NCBI GenBank assembly: GCA_028286485.1
Contig: JAQBRM010000027.1
Span: forward strand, 10,632 to 74,631
Reading direction: 5' to 3'
Source of the DNA: Candidatus Nomurabacteria bacterium
GTDB lineage: Bacteria; Patescibacteriota; Minisyncoccia; Phycocordibacterales; UBA9973
Length of the DNA: 64,000 bases
Shown: in pieces, positions 9,885 through 18,974 of the stretch
How the letters are laid out: every line of letters starts with the position of its first letter
Numbering within the stretch: position 1 is the first letter of the stretch
Notes under the pieces: model-generated
What the model was told of the DNA's origin: nothing
The model's input: only the letters and a program-made list of their open reading frames with translations
Databases searched by the model: none
Translations under genes and position numbers: made by a program

Positions 9885-11105
9885 CTACAGACTGACAGTC
9901 GGTGGGTAGTACTGTGCCAAGAAATCTTTCTTGTATTGATGAAATGTATCATTCAAAATGCTCTCGCGAATGTTTTCGACCAATCGCAAGATAAAATGCA
10001 GATTGTGAATGGAGGCCAACGTGGCAGCGGTCATTTCATCGGCTCGAAAAAGGTGTGCCAAATATGCGCGAGTGTGGTGCTGACAGGTATAGCACATGCA
10101 GCCTTCCTCAATCGGCAGGAACTGGTCGACAAACTGCGCATTGCGAATATTGAGACGTCCGCGCGACGTGTGCAAGGTGCCGTGACGACCCATGCGCGTC
10201 GGTGCAATGCAATCAAATAAATCACAGCCGGCTTCCACGGCATTGAAAAGATCAAGCGGTTCGCCGATACCGAGCAGGTGTCGCGGCTTGTCTTCCGGCA
10301 GCAAGGCATTGACCCATCCTACTGCAGTACCGATATCTTCCTTGGTAAAGGATCCGCCGATGCCGTATCCATCGAATCCTTCGCCATATTCGGAACTGGC
10401 GGCCAGCGCTCCTAATGTTCGTGCCGCTTCCTCACGCAGATCCTGAAACCGTCCCCCTTGAATCACGGCGAAAAGGCTTTGCCTTTTCGCCGTATCAAGT
10501 TCATTGTGTCGCGCGAGGCTGCGCTTGGCCCAGTCATACGTTCGTGCCAGTGATTTCTTTTGATATTCGTACGGCGCAGTCGGACTGGTGCATTCATCAA
10601 AGGCGAAGATCATATCGGCGCCGAGCTTCCATTGGATATCCATGGAAGACTCGGGAGTAAATAAATGCTTGCTGCCATCCAAGTGCGACTTGAATGTCAC
10701 GCCTTCATCGGTCACATGCGCCAATTGTCCGCTGTGCACTGATACATCCTCCACTTCATCACCGGTGGCAATCTTGCTGACCGCGGTACCAAAAGCCGCG
10801 CCCAATGAAAATGCTTGAAAGCCGCCCGAGTCCGTCATGGTCGGTCCGTGCCAATCCATAAAAGGACCGAATCCTCCAGCCTGCGCCACGATGTCCTCTC
10901 CGGGCTGCAAATACAAATGGTAGGTATTGGCCAATACCACCTGCGCGCCCAAGCTCCGTATCTGCTCCGCCGTCAATGCCTTCACCGTCGCCTTCGTACC
11001 CACCGCCACGAATGCCGGCGTCTTGATCTCACCATGTGCCGTTTCAATCACCCCGGCCCTACCCAACGTTCCCTCCAACTTCTTTTGTATCGTAAATTTC
11101 AACAT
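9885..11105 (-). CDS. tgt: tRNA-guanine transglycosylase
   Basis: LANTYHL, TDSGGFQ, FDEC, KPRHLLG and zinc site CMCYTC...HNL. Confidence 0.96.
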   Translation of the reverse strand: MLKFTIQKKLEGTLGRAGVIETAHGEIKTPAFVAVGTKATVKALTAEQIRSLGAQVVLANTYHLYLQPGEDIVAQAGGFGPFMDWHGPTMTDSGGFQAFSLGAAFGTAVSKIATGDEVEDVSVHSGQLAHVTDEGVTFKSHLDGSKHLFTPESSMDIQWKLGADMIFAFDECTSPTAPYEYQKKSLARTYDWAKRSLARHNELDTAKRQSLFAVIQGGRFQDLREEAARTLGALAASSEYGEGFDGYGIGGSFTKEDIGTAVGWVNALLPEDKPRHLLGIGEPLDLFNAVEAGCDLFDCIAPTRMGRHGTLHTSRGRLNIRNAQFVDQFLPIEEGCMCYTCQHHTRAYLAHLFRADEMTAATLASIHNLHFILRLVENIRESILNDTFHQYKKDFLAQYYPPTVSL

Positions 11106-11170
11106 GTATTTCGTACCTTGTTTATAACATACCTAAAAGAATTCTGGTACCATTTAATATAAGAACAAAT

Positions 11171-11196
11171 GAAAAAAGCCAGCATTGCACTGGCTT
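11171..11196 (-). terminator. Intrinsic terminator after the small Cys/His protein
   Basis: AAAGCCAG...CTGGCTTT hairpin with an A-run on the plus strand. Confidence 0.65.
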
Positions 11197-11213
11197 TAAA
11201 TAAATACATTTAA

Positions 11214-11435
11214 TTAAACAATCCATCCGCTTCCTAAAGAAGTTTCTTTGCTGCATTTTAGGCAGATATGTTTGCGAACAAACAATAATCGTTCGCCCTC
11301 TTTTGGAAGCGGAAATTTTTCCAATTTATCAACCAGTTCGTAATCATGATTACAGAACAGCTGTGTCAGAAATTTATGAAGGGGATTCCGGTACTTGCGC
11401 GGTGAAGGCGCTAGCGACTCTAGTGTTGTACACAT
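11214..11435 (-). CDS. Small Cys/His zinc-ribbon-like protein (DUF1660-like)
   Basis: LFCNHDY...CLKC pattern, with its own promoter and terminator. Confidence 0.6.
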   Translation of the reverse strand: MCTTLESLAPSPRKYRNPLHKFLTQLFCNHDYELVDKLEKFPLPKEGERLLFVRKHICLKCSKETSLGSGWIV

Positions 11436-11459
11436 GGCTCAGTTTTTTTAATTTCCACC

Positions 11460-11488
11460 ACTCTACCCCTCCCTCTTGCCAAAGTCAA
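11460..11488 (-). promoter_or_regulatory. Sigma70 promoter TTGACT-17-TAGAGT; near copy at 61641-61669
   Basis: Consensus match and spacing; 27/32 identity with 61640-61671. Confidence 0.7.
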
Positions 11489-11495
11489 TCCAGAA

Positions 11496-12260
11496 TTATC
11501 TCACTATCACCCACTTCAGAGCCTGTAAGTTCACGGGGGCTTTGGCGAGGAGGCGTTGGAAGGGATCGCGGGGGTCGGTGACGATTTTTTCGATGGTAGC
11601 CAAAGTGGCGGGAGTGATGGATTGTGAGGAAATGGTCACGCCGACATCAATAGGGACGTCACGAGGCAGCTGCACTTCGTATTCCCCACCACCACGACCG
11701 ATCAAAGTCACGGCTACATTGCTGCCGGTAGCGGTACCGGAAGTCTGACGGCTCGGCGCACTGTAGAGTGAGACGGTGGCGGTATGCGTATCAACGGCGG
11801 AAATATTTCCCAAGGCCACACTGCCAAATGCATAGACGATCATGTTGGTGCGGATGCCATCAGCACTGCCGGCGTCGATCATCATCGTGTCATAAAAGCT
11901 GCGGTTCGGTAAGGTAATGACATCAGCCAAAATACCGGTCGGTGCCGGTGTGCGGCCAAGCTCGGCTTTCAACGTGTCATTTTCATTTTGCAGTTGCGAT
12001 AGCGTGGAGAGCTGTGCATCATATGAGTTGATGGTGTTTTGCAAGCCATTGACCTTGCTGATCAATGCGCGTTTTGATAGCAGTTCATTTTGTACAGTGC
12101 TGCCATAAATAAACGGCGCATGCACGATCATTTTTTTTGCCAATAGTGTCGCCAGTACAATAAAAAGAATAGTGCCTACCACCACACCAATGCGCAGCAA
12201 AGGATGCCACGTATTGAGCGGTCGCTTCTTTTTCAATTTTTGTGATTTATAGCGACGCAT
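11496..12260 (-). CDS. mreC: Rod shape-determining protein MreC
   Basis: TM, coiled coil (LQNENDTLKAELG) and IDAGSADGI; downstream of mreB. Confidence 0.88.
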   Translation of the reverse strand: MRRYKSQKLKKKRPLNTWHPLLRIGVVVGTILFIVLATLLAKKMIVHAPFIYGSTVQNELLSKRALISKVNGLQNTINSYDAQLSTLSQLQNENDTLKAELGRTPAPTGILADVITLPNRSFYDTMMIDAGSADGIRTNMIVYAFGSVALGNISAVDTHTATVSLYSAPSRQTSGTATGSNVAVTLIGRGGGEYEVQLPRDVPIDVGVTISSQSITPATLATIEKIVTDPRDPFQRLLAKAPVNLQALKWVIVR

Positions 12261-13290
12261 GATCTTCTATGGAAAGTAGGGTTTGTTTATAATTATCAAA
12301 TTGTTCCAAGACAATGCCGGTACCGCGTGCCACGGCGGACAACGGATCTTCGGCAATGTGCACCGGCAGTTTCAATTCCTGTTGCAGCAGTATGGCCAAG
12401 CCGCGCAGGTTCGCGCCGCCGCCGGTCAAGACAATGCCTGTTTGTAAAATATCGGAGACCATTTCCGGCGGCGCGGTTTCCAAGACTTCGCGAATGCCGG
12501 CCACCAGCAATCCCACCGTACGCGCAAACGCCTCGCGCACGTCACCATCGGTGATCATCAACGCCTTCGGCAAGCCGCTGACCAAGTCTCGTCCGCGCAC
12601 TTCTATTTCCATGTATTCCGTTTCCATGGCGGAGCCCAGCTCTACCTTTACCGTTTCGGCTGTGCGTTCCCCGACCAATAGTTTGAATTCATCGCGCAGG
12701 TAGTCAATGACACGAGCATCGAAGTGGTCCCCGGCCACGCGCAGATTCAATGAGCGCACGATGCCGCCCAAAGCAATCAGCGCGATGTCAGTCGTACCGC
12801 CACCGATATCAACAATAAATGATGCGTCGGCGGACAATACCGGTAGACGTACACCAATGGCCGCTGCCATGGCTTCCTCGATCAAATGCACTTCACGTGC
12901 GCCGGCATCAATGCCGGCATCGTAGACTGCGCGCACTTCGACATTGGTAATGCCGGACGGCACGCCGATGAGCACTCTCGGTCGAAAAAATTTCTTTGAA
13001 ATTTTTTCGACCTTGCGAATGAAGTACGCCAGCATTTCCTCGGCCATTTCAAAATCCGACACCACGCCTTCCGACAACGGCCGAATGATCTTGATATGCT
13101 CCGGCGTCTTGCCCCACATTTCCTTGGCTTCCTTGCCGATGGCCACGATCTGGCCGGTCTTTTGATTGACCGCCACAATCGACGGTTCATCGATCACGAT
13201 GCCCTGCCCTTTCAAGTACACCAAGGTGTTGGCGGTACCCAAGTCGATGCCGATATCATTTGAAAAACGCTGGTAAAGATTCTTGAACAT
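12247..13290 (-). CDS. mreB: Rod shape-determining protein MreB
   Basis: IGIDLGTANT, VDIGGGTT, LTGGGA. Confidence 0.97.
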   Translation of the reverse strand: MFKNLYQRFSNDIGIDLGTANTLVYLKGQGIVIDEPSIVAVNQKTGQIVAIGKEAKEMWGKTPEHIKIIRPLSEGVVSDFEMAEEMLAYFIRKVEKISKKFFRPRVLIGVPSGITNVEVRAVYDAGIDAGAREVHLIEEAMAAAIGVRLPVLSADASFIVDIGGGTTDIALIALGGIVRSLNLRVAGDHFDARVIDYLRDEFKLLVGERTAETVKVELGSAMETEYMEIEVRGRDLVSGLPKALMITDGDVREAFARTVGLLVAGIREVLETAPPEMVSDILQTGIVLTGGGANLRGLAILLQQELKLPVHIAEDPLSAVARGTGIVLEQFDNYKQTLLSIEDHASL

Positions 13291-13291
13291 G

Positions 13292-14539
13292 TTAGGCAAT
13301 CAATTGCTGGATCAGACTTTCAACAGACAGCACCGTTGATTCATCCGAATCCCGTTTCTTATATTCCACGCCGCCTTGCGCCAGACTGCGTTCGGATACC
13401 ACGACGCGATGCGGCATGCCGAGCAAGTCGCTGTCGGCAAATTTTTCCCCGGCACTCATTCCTATGCGATCATCAAATAGTACTTCGATATTATTTTCCA
13501 ACAGCTGATTGTAAATTTCCTGCGCATTGGTAATGACCTGATCGCCCAGTTGCAGCAAGTGCACCTTGAACGGCGCAATACTCTCCGGCCAGACAATGCC
13601 TTTTTCATCCGACAGCACTTCCACCACCGTACCCATCAAGCGCGTCACGCCAATACCGTATGAACCCATGAATACCGGCACGTCCCCTCCTTCGCTGTTT
13701 TTATACGTCAGATCAAAGGGGTCGGAAAACTTGGAGCCAAGGGAGAAAATATTTCCCACCTCAATCGCCTTCTTTTCCACAAGGGTTGCTCGATCGATAT
13801 TGAGCTCGGCCAGCACCTCATCCGTCAGCACTTCTTTATTTATAGCAATGCCTTTTGCAGTATCAATATAAATAAGATCTTCACCTGCCTCGGAAACAGT
13901 TTGGAATTCATGGGAGTATTTTGAAAATGTTCCTCCTGATGCAAATGTCATATAAGTGTACGCGCCTAATCCCACTCGGTTATAAACATTCCTGTACGCC
14001 TCTTTGGACTTTTCATAGAAAACATCATGCGACTCTTTATCTGCAGAAAATGAGTACAATGCTTTCCAATAGAATTCCCGCCCCCGCATGATGCCGGACT
14101 TGCTGCGTATTTCGTTTCGAAAAATTGTTTTGAAGTCGTAAGGATACAACGGCAGGTCTTTGTATGAACTGACGAAATTTTTCACGATGTTTGAATACGC
14201 TTCTTCATTGGTAAAAGAAAGCCCCACTTCAGTACCGTTCTTAAGCGTGGTCTTGAACCAGTTGTCGACAACCTCATCATCCCAGCGATTTGTTTTCTCC
14301 CAGACGTCTTTGCTTTGCAGTGCGGATGTTTTCATCTGGATACCACCAATAGCGTCCATTTCTTCCTTTATGATATGAACGATTTTTTCCATGACACGAT
14401 AGCCCAACGGTAACATTGAGTAGACTCCTGCCATTTCCTTATGGATAAAACCACCCCGAATAAGCAGCTGGGCGTTTTTGGCTTGCTCGTCCGCTGGGTT
14501 ATCCTTGCTGGTTTTGGTGAAAAGCTGTGATTGACGCAT
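13292..14539 (-). CDS. proS: Proline-tRNA ligase, short form without insertion editing domain
   Basis: MRQSQLF, FRNEIR...MRGREF, IEVGNIFSLG, MGSYGIG and anticodon-binding domain. Confidence 0.93.
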   Translation of the reverse strand: MRQSQLFTKTSKDNPADEQAKNAQLLIRGGFIHKEMAGVYSMLPLGYRVMEKIVHIIKEEMDAIGGIQMKTSALQSKDVWEKTNRWDDEVVDNWFKTTLKNGTEVGLSFTNEEAYSNIVKNFVSSYKDLPLYPYDFKTIFRNEIRSKSGIMRGREFYWKALYSFSADKESHDVFYEKSKEAYRNVYNRVGLGAYTYMTFASGGTFSKYSHEFQTVSEAGEDLIYIDTAKGIAINKEVLTDEVLAELNIDRATLVEKKAIEVGNIFSLGSKFSDPFDLTYKNSEGGDVPVFMGSYGIGVTRLMGTVVEVLSDEKGIVWPESIAPFKVHLLQLGDQVITNAQEIYNQLLENNIEVLFDDRIGMSAGEKFADSDLLGMPHRVVVSERSLAQGGVEYKKRDSDESTVLSVESLIQQLIA

Positions 14540-14592
14540 ATAGTCCTTATATACTGGCATAAAAAAGGAAATAAAAAAAGCCTAAAGATTTT

Positions 14593-14613
14593 GGTCAACA
14601 TCGAATGTTGACC
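14593..14613. promoter_or_regulatory. Inverted repeat between divergent proS and rpsB
   Basis: GGTCAACAT-CGA-ATGTTGACC immediately upstream of a TCGACA-17-TATATT promoter. Confidence 0.45.
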
Positions 14614-14650
14614 GCTCGACAAAACACCTTTTGAGTGCTATATTTAGCGC

Positions 14651-14714
14651 TCGTCACATTGGACGAAATTATTCAGTTATTAAGGGTTGTGCGTCGAAAA
14701 CGCAATACAGCCCT
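14651..14714 (+). promoter_or_regulatory. Structured rpsB 5' leader (candidate S2 autoregulatory element)
   Basis: Hairpins TCGTC/GACGA and AGGGTTGT...ACAGCCCT upstream of the ATG at 14728. Confidence 0.45.
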
Positions 14715-14727
14715 GCTACAGATTGTT

Positions 14728-15399
14728 ATGAAAACTATAGATCCTAAAGACCTCATGGAGGCAGGTGTCCACTATGGATACTCTCGTACTCGTCGTCACC
14801 CTACCAACAGTCCCCTCATTTACGGAACCAAGGACGGTATCGACATTATCAACCTTGAAAAGACCGTTCCACAAATTGAAGCTGCGGCGACCTTTTTGAG
14901 CGGCTTGGGCGCGTCCGGCAAGACAGTGTTCTTCGTCGGCGTGAAGCCGGAGTCTCGCAATGCCACTCGTGACATTGCTGATGCATTGCACCAGCCGTAC
15001 GTTACCGAACGATGGATCGGTGGTATCTTGACCAACTTTCCTGAAATCAAGCGCCGTATCCAGAAACTGGAAGACATGACTGCCAAGCGTGCTTCCGGTG
15101 AATGGGACAAGTTCACCAAGAAAGAGCAGCTGCTGATGACGCGCGAGCTTGATCGTTTGAACAAATATTTCTCCGGTCTGGTTGGTGTTACCAAACTGCC
15201 TGACGCTATCCTTGTTATTGACTCCAAGAAAGAGCACATTGCCATCGCTGAGGCTCGCAAGAGTAACGTGCCGGTGATTGCTATCGGCAACACTGACTGT
15301 TCCATTCGCGGCATCGACTACCCTATCACTGCCAATGACAGTTCCGCTTCTTCAATTGCCGCAATCCTTGCTATACTGAAGGACGCTTTTCAGCAGTAA
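14728..15399 (+). CDS. rpsB: 30S ribosomal protein S2
   Basis: LMEAGVHYG, RWIGGILTN, NTDC...ANDS. Confidence 0.97.
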   Translation: MKTIDPKDLMEAGVHYGYSRTRRHPTNSPLIYGTKDGIDIINLEKTVPQIEAAATFLSGLGASGKTVFFVGVKPESRNATRDIADALHQPYVTERWIGGILTNFPEIKRRIQKLEDMTAKRASGEWDKFTKKEQLLMTRELDRLNKYFSGLVGVTKLPDAILVIDSKKEHIAIAEARKSNVPVIAIGNTDCSIRGIDYPITANDSSASSIAAILAILKDAFQQ

Positions 15400-15406
15400 T
15401 AGCACT

Positions 15407-15521
15407 GAGCTGCAAAGAATTGCTCTTTCGAAAACCACACATAAATTTCTGCTGAAATTTTGCTATGCTCGGGCCAGTCGCCCTTGCGCAATGCTTTTCT
15501 AAAGACAATTCTTTTTCGCTC
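15407..15521. repeat. Long intergenic stem-loop (MITE-like or structured RNA)
   Basis: Nested arms GAGC/GCTC, AAAGAATTG/CAATTCTTT, TCTTT/AAAGA and GAAAA/TTTTC enclose two smaller hairpins. Confidence 0.55.
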
Positions 15522-15570
15522 TAAGTACAAAGTACAAATCACCTCTTATAAAAATAACCACCATAAAAAT

Positions 15571-16350
15571 ATGATCACCACCGAACAAGTAAAAGAACTT
15601 CGCGATAAGACAGGTATTTCCGTTATGCAATGTCGTAAGGCATTGGAAGAAGCAAACGGCGATATGGAAAAAGCCATTGTTATCTTGCAAAAGAAAGGCG
15701 GTGAAGCTGCTCAGAAGAAAGCTGATCGTTCCGCCGCTGATGGCCTTGTGGTCATGCGTACTGATGGCAAGCGCGCGCTGACACTCGTATTGAACTGCGA
15801 GACTGACTTCGTGGCAAAGAACGAGGACTTCTTGAACTTGGCCAATACCCTTGCTGATATGGCGTGGAATGATGGCATTGCGAAAATGCAGGAAGCCGCT
15901 CCGGATCTGATCAATGCGCTCGTATTGAAAAGTGGTGAGAATATTCAGCTCGGTGCGGTGGAAGAACTCAGTGGTGAAGTAGTAAATGGCTACACACACT
16001 TCGATAATAAGAGCGCCGCAGTGGTAACGCTGGCTGGCGGTACACCGGCAGTGGCAAAGGACATTGCCATGCATGTGGCGGCAATGAAGCCATCATTCCT
16101 CACCAGCAACGATATCTCCGAGGAAAATCGCGCCACCGTTAAGGCAGTGATGGAAGCAGAAGTTGCCGCGCAGAGTGAAGGCAAGTCCCAAGAGATCAAA
16201 GACAAAATGTTGGAAGGCAAGATCAACGGATTCTTTGCAGAACAGACATTGCTCAACCAATCATTCTTCAAAGTACCGGAAAAGACCATTGAACAGTACG
16301 CCAAGGACAATGGTGCCACGGTACAGAAATTCGTGTTGTATACTGTCTAA
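15571..16350 (+). CDS. tsf: Elongation factor Ts
   Basis: VKELRDKTG, LNCETDFVAKN, IAMHVAA. Confidence 0.97.
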   Translation: MITTEQVKELRDKTGISVMQCRKALEEANGDMEKAIVILQKKGGEAAQKKADRSAADGLVVMRTDGKRALTLVLNCETDFVAKNEDFLNLANTLADMAWNDGIAKMQEAAPDLINALVLKSGENIQLGAVEELSGEVVNGYTHFDNKSAAVVTLAGGTPAVAKDIAMHVAAMKPSFLTSNDISEENRATVKAVMEAEVAAQSEGKSQEIKDKMLEGKINGFFAEQTLLNQSFFKVPEKTIEQYAKDNGATVQKFVLYTV

Positions 16351-16728
16351 ATGATTATCGCCCTTGTTATCGTTATTGCCCTGCTGCTCATCGCGCTGTG
16401 GATCAGCGCCATGGCATTGTGGTGGCGTCATGAGCAAGGACGTATTGCTCCCCTGCAACCCCGCGCCGTCATTCGACATTTGAACAAAGCCGCTCGTTTG
16501 GGCCGCCGCAGCCTGTACAGCACCATGCGATACAGCAAGCGCGCCGGACGATGGGGCAACAGAAAAGTCAGCAATGCATTCGTGGCGGTCTTTCCCAAAG
16601 CCAAAGCCGCTTTCACAAAGAAAGATATGCTGACCGGCTTGCAGCATGGTCCCTCATCATACTTCTTGGCCAGCTTGTCCAAGCGCGCGAAGAAGAAAAC
16701 CAAACCCTCCGAAGATTTGTCAGTATAA
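16351..16728 (+). CDS. Hypothetical membrane-anchored basic protein
   Basis: N-terminal TM; abuts the tsf stop codon. Confidence 0.65.
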   Translation: MIIALVIVIALLLIALWISAMALWWRHEQGRIAPLQPRAVIRHLNKAARLGRRSLYSTMRYSKRAGRWGNRKVSNAFVAVFPKAKAAFTKKDMLTGLQHGPSSYFLASLSKRAKKKTKPSEDLSV

Positions 16729-16753
16729 GGAAAATCTGATATTCTAGGGGCAC

Positions 16754-16830
16754 GCCGGATTAGCTCAGTTGTAGCAGCCTTTTGTATAAAGCGAAGAGAG
16801 CCATCAATCCAATCTGACAACTCCGGCTCC
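16754..16830 (+). pseudogene. Degenerate tRNA-Thr-like copy
   Basis: Shares GCCGGA.TAGCTCAGTTG, CTTTTGTA..AAGCGAAG and TCCGGCTCC with the adjacent tRNA; T-arm disrupted, no CCA. Confidence 0.7.
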
Positions 16831-16851
16831 TTAAAATTTCATATCTATAAT

Positions 16852-16927
16852 GCCGGAATAGCTCAGTTGGTAGAGCAACGCTTTTGTAAAGCGAAGGTCG
16901 TCAGTTCAAGTCTGTCTTCCGGCTCCA
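16852..16927 (+). tRNA. tRNA-Thr(TGT)
   Basis: Acceptor GCCGGAA/TTCCGGC, D-arm GCTC/GAGC, anticodon loop TT-TGT-AA, TTCAA T-loop, encoded CCA. Confidence 0.95.
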
Positions 16928-16930
16928 AAT

Positions 16931-16961
16931 AAAAAGATGCACCCATAGGGTGCATCTTTTT
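16931..16961. terminator. Bidirectional intrinsic terminator
   Basis: AAAAAGATGCACCC-ATA-GGGTGCATCTTTTT. Confidence 0.9.
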
Positions 16962-17661
16962 ATTTGGAGCCCTGAGTATTTATCAAAGGACTTTTGATAG
17001 TTGGTGGGGGCGTAGCCTTCAGCGGATTAGTTACACTGCTTGGCAATAGCTTTTCGAGATCATCCAAGCTCATAAAGCCACTCTGTGTCTTCCCGTTAAT
17101 CACTAACGATGGCAGACTGGCGGGTATCTTATAGATAGTCTGTAGAGCACGGATGGTGGAGCTATCAAGACCGGTATCAAATGAATAAATACGCACTTGC
17201 GGATACGCTTGACGTAGTGCATCCAAAACATATCCTTGACGGGTGCAGTCAGCGCAACTGTTAGAATTTTTGTAAAAGTACAATATGGTAGTAATAGGCT
17301 GCTTGCAGCGTATGCTGATTTGTTTGGTCAGCAAGAAATCTTTCACTTCCAAGACCGAATACTGTTGTTTCAATAACTGTATTTGATTCGGGTCATTGAG
17401 ATTTTGCTCAGCATATGAAATCTTATCGGCCAAGTCGGAAATTTCGCTCGCCAATGTAGTATTGCCGATATCCTGACATGACAATGATTGCAGCAGGTAA
17501 AACTGCGTTTCCGATGACATGATATCCACATTCACCTTATTTTGGGCATTCCTGATGTCGGTTATTTTTTTATTATTCAAATAAGTACTGATATACCAGG
17601 CTACGGCAAACAAGGCGATAGTGATCAAGAGTACGATAAAATATTTCTTAAATCCTTTCAT
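16960..17661 (-). CDS. Membrane-anchored protein with C-terminal thioredoxin-like domain
   Basis: N-terminal TM, YFY...CADC and LPSLVING. Confidence 0.65.
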   Translation of the reverse strand: MKGFKKYFIVLLITIALFAVAWYISTYLNNKKITDIRNAQNKVNVDIMSSETQFYLLQSLSCQDIGNTTLASEISDLADKISYAEQNLNDPNQIQLLKQQYSVLEVKDFLLTKQISIRCKQPITTILYFYKNSNSCADCTRQGYVLDALRQAYPQVRIYSFDTGLDSSTIRALQTIYKIPASLPSLVINGKTQSGFMSLDDLEKLLPSSVTNPLKATPPPTIKSPLINTQGSK

Positions 17662-17664
17662 ATA

Positions 17665-18912
17665 TTATCTCCATACGGGCTGACGACGAGTGACAATGCT
17701 ATTCCACACTGCTTTCAATAGCCAGACCGGTGCAATGACCGTATAAATGATGATGTACAGCAAGATATGCCAGTCCAATCCCCGCCCCTGTCGACTGAGC
17801 CGTGAGCCTGCCACGATTGAAAAGATCAATAATACATAGAGCAAAATGGTAACAAAAAAGATTGTTTGCGTATTGATGTAAAACCAATTGAAGTTGATAT
17901 GGGTGTGGATGTTAAAACCAACCGTACTGTACTGGCTAACCTTCTTCAAAATAAAGACAATCAAGTCATAGAAAAATGTCAGTGACAAAAAGACTACTGC
18001 AATGATGGAAATAACACCGGAGGGCAGCGTGAAGAATGAGAAGTTAAGATAGTCCCTGTTGAATATCAATCGCTTATAATCCGCGGTATTTTGGATGAAA
18101 CCGTAGATCCAACGCAGGCGCTGCACATACAATTTCTTGATAGTGTCAGGAGAAGAAGTGTAGACTAGTGCATTGGCACAGTGTTCGATCTTCATATGGT
18201 TTTCTTGCATGCGATATGCCAATTCTTGGTCTTCGGTATTATGCGCTTTCTGAAATTTTCCGATACGCTCAAAGACGGTTCGACGGAAAAGAGAGAACGG
18301 TCCGGGAGTAACATGAATGGCCCCAAGAAACGACAGCATTTTTTTATTATAGGTACTCATATTGTACTCTACGCGCTGGGCGTACTGCAGCATGTTCTTG
18401 GGATTATGCACGATCAATGAAGGAGTTACTGCCATGACTTCGGGGTTTTTTTGAAACAATGCCACCATGCGCTTCAAGGCATCGGGCGCCACGAAAGAGT
18501 CCGCATCCAAGCCACCGATAATATCCGCATCCGTTTGATCAATGCCGAAGTTCACCGCCGTGTGTTTGCCCCCATTTTCCTTGTGGAAAATATGCACGCG
18601 CGGATTGTCTTTGTATTCTAACAGCTCTTGCCATGTCGTATCAGTACTGCCATCATCCACCGCGATAACCTCCAGCCTGTCGGTCGGATAATCAAGTGCA
18701 AGGAGAGAATTAATGGTACCGTGAACGGTTTTTTCTTCATTCCAACATGGCACAATAATGGCCACTTTAGGGGGATTAGTAATATCGGGCACTGGCTCAA
18801 TATGCGAATATTTCATTTTTTTAAGGTGTTCAAAATAGGTCACCAGCAGGAACACCTGTACGTATACGGCCAGAAATACGACCGTATACGTGATAATTTC
18901 CGGAATTGTCAT
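17665..18912 (-). CDS. Processive family 2 glycosyltransferase (PgaC/IcaA-like)
   Basis: VDDGSTD, DADS, TED and QRLRW motifs with flanking TMs. Confidence 0.88.
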   Translation of the reverse strand: MTIPEIITYTVVFLAVYVQVFLLVTYFEHLKKMKYSHIEPVPDITNPPKVAIIVPCWNEEKTVHGTINSLLALDYPTDRLEVIAVDDGSTDTTWQELLEYKDNPRVHIFHKENGGKHTAVNFGIDQTDADIIGGLDADSFVAPDALKRMVALFQKNPEVMAVTPSLIVHNPKNMLQYAQRVEYNMSTYNKKMLSFLGAIHVTPGPFSLFRRTVFERIGKFQKAHNTEDQELAYRMQENHMKIEHCANALVYTSSPDTIKKLYVQRLRWIYGFIQNTADYKRLIFNRDYLNFSFFTLPSGVISIIAVVFLSLTFFYDLIVFILKKVSQYSTVGFNIHTHINFNWFYINTQTIFFVTILLYVLLIFSIVAGSRLSRQGRGLDWHILLYIIIYTVIAPVWLLKAVWNSIVTRRQPVWR

Positions 18913-18974
18913 AGACCCTATCCTAGCACAAAGAGCCTATTTTTTCTAGCTGAAAAGTGCGGTATACTTGCTCC

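Noticed and set aside
15469-15479. TCGGGCCAGTC shared with 32419-32429
   Set aside because: An 11-mer match is expected many times by chance in 64 kb.
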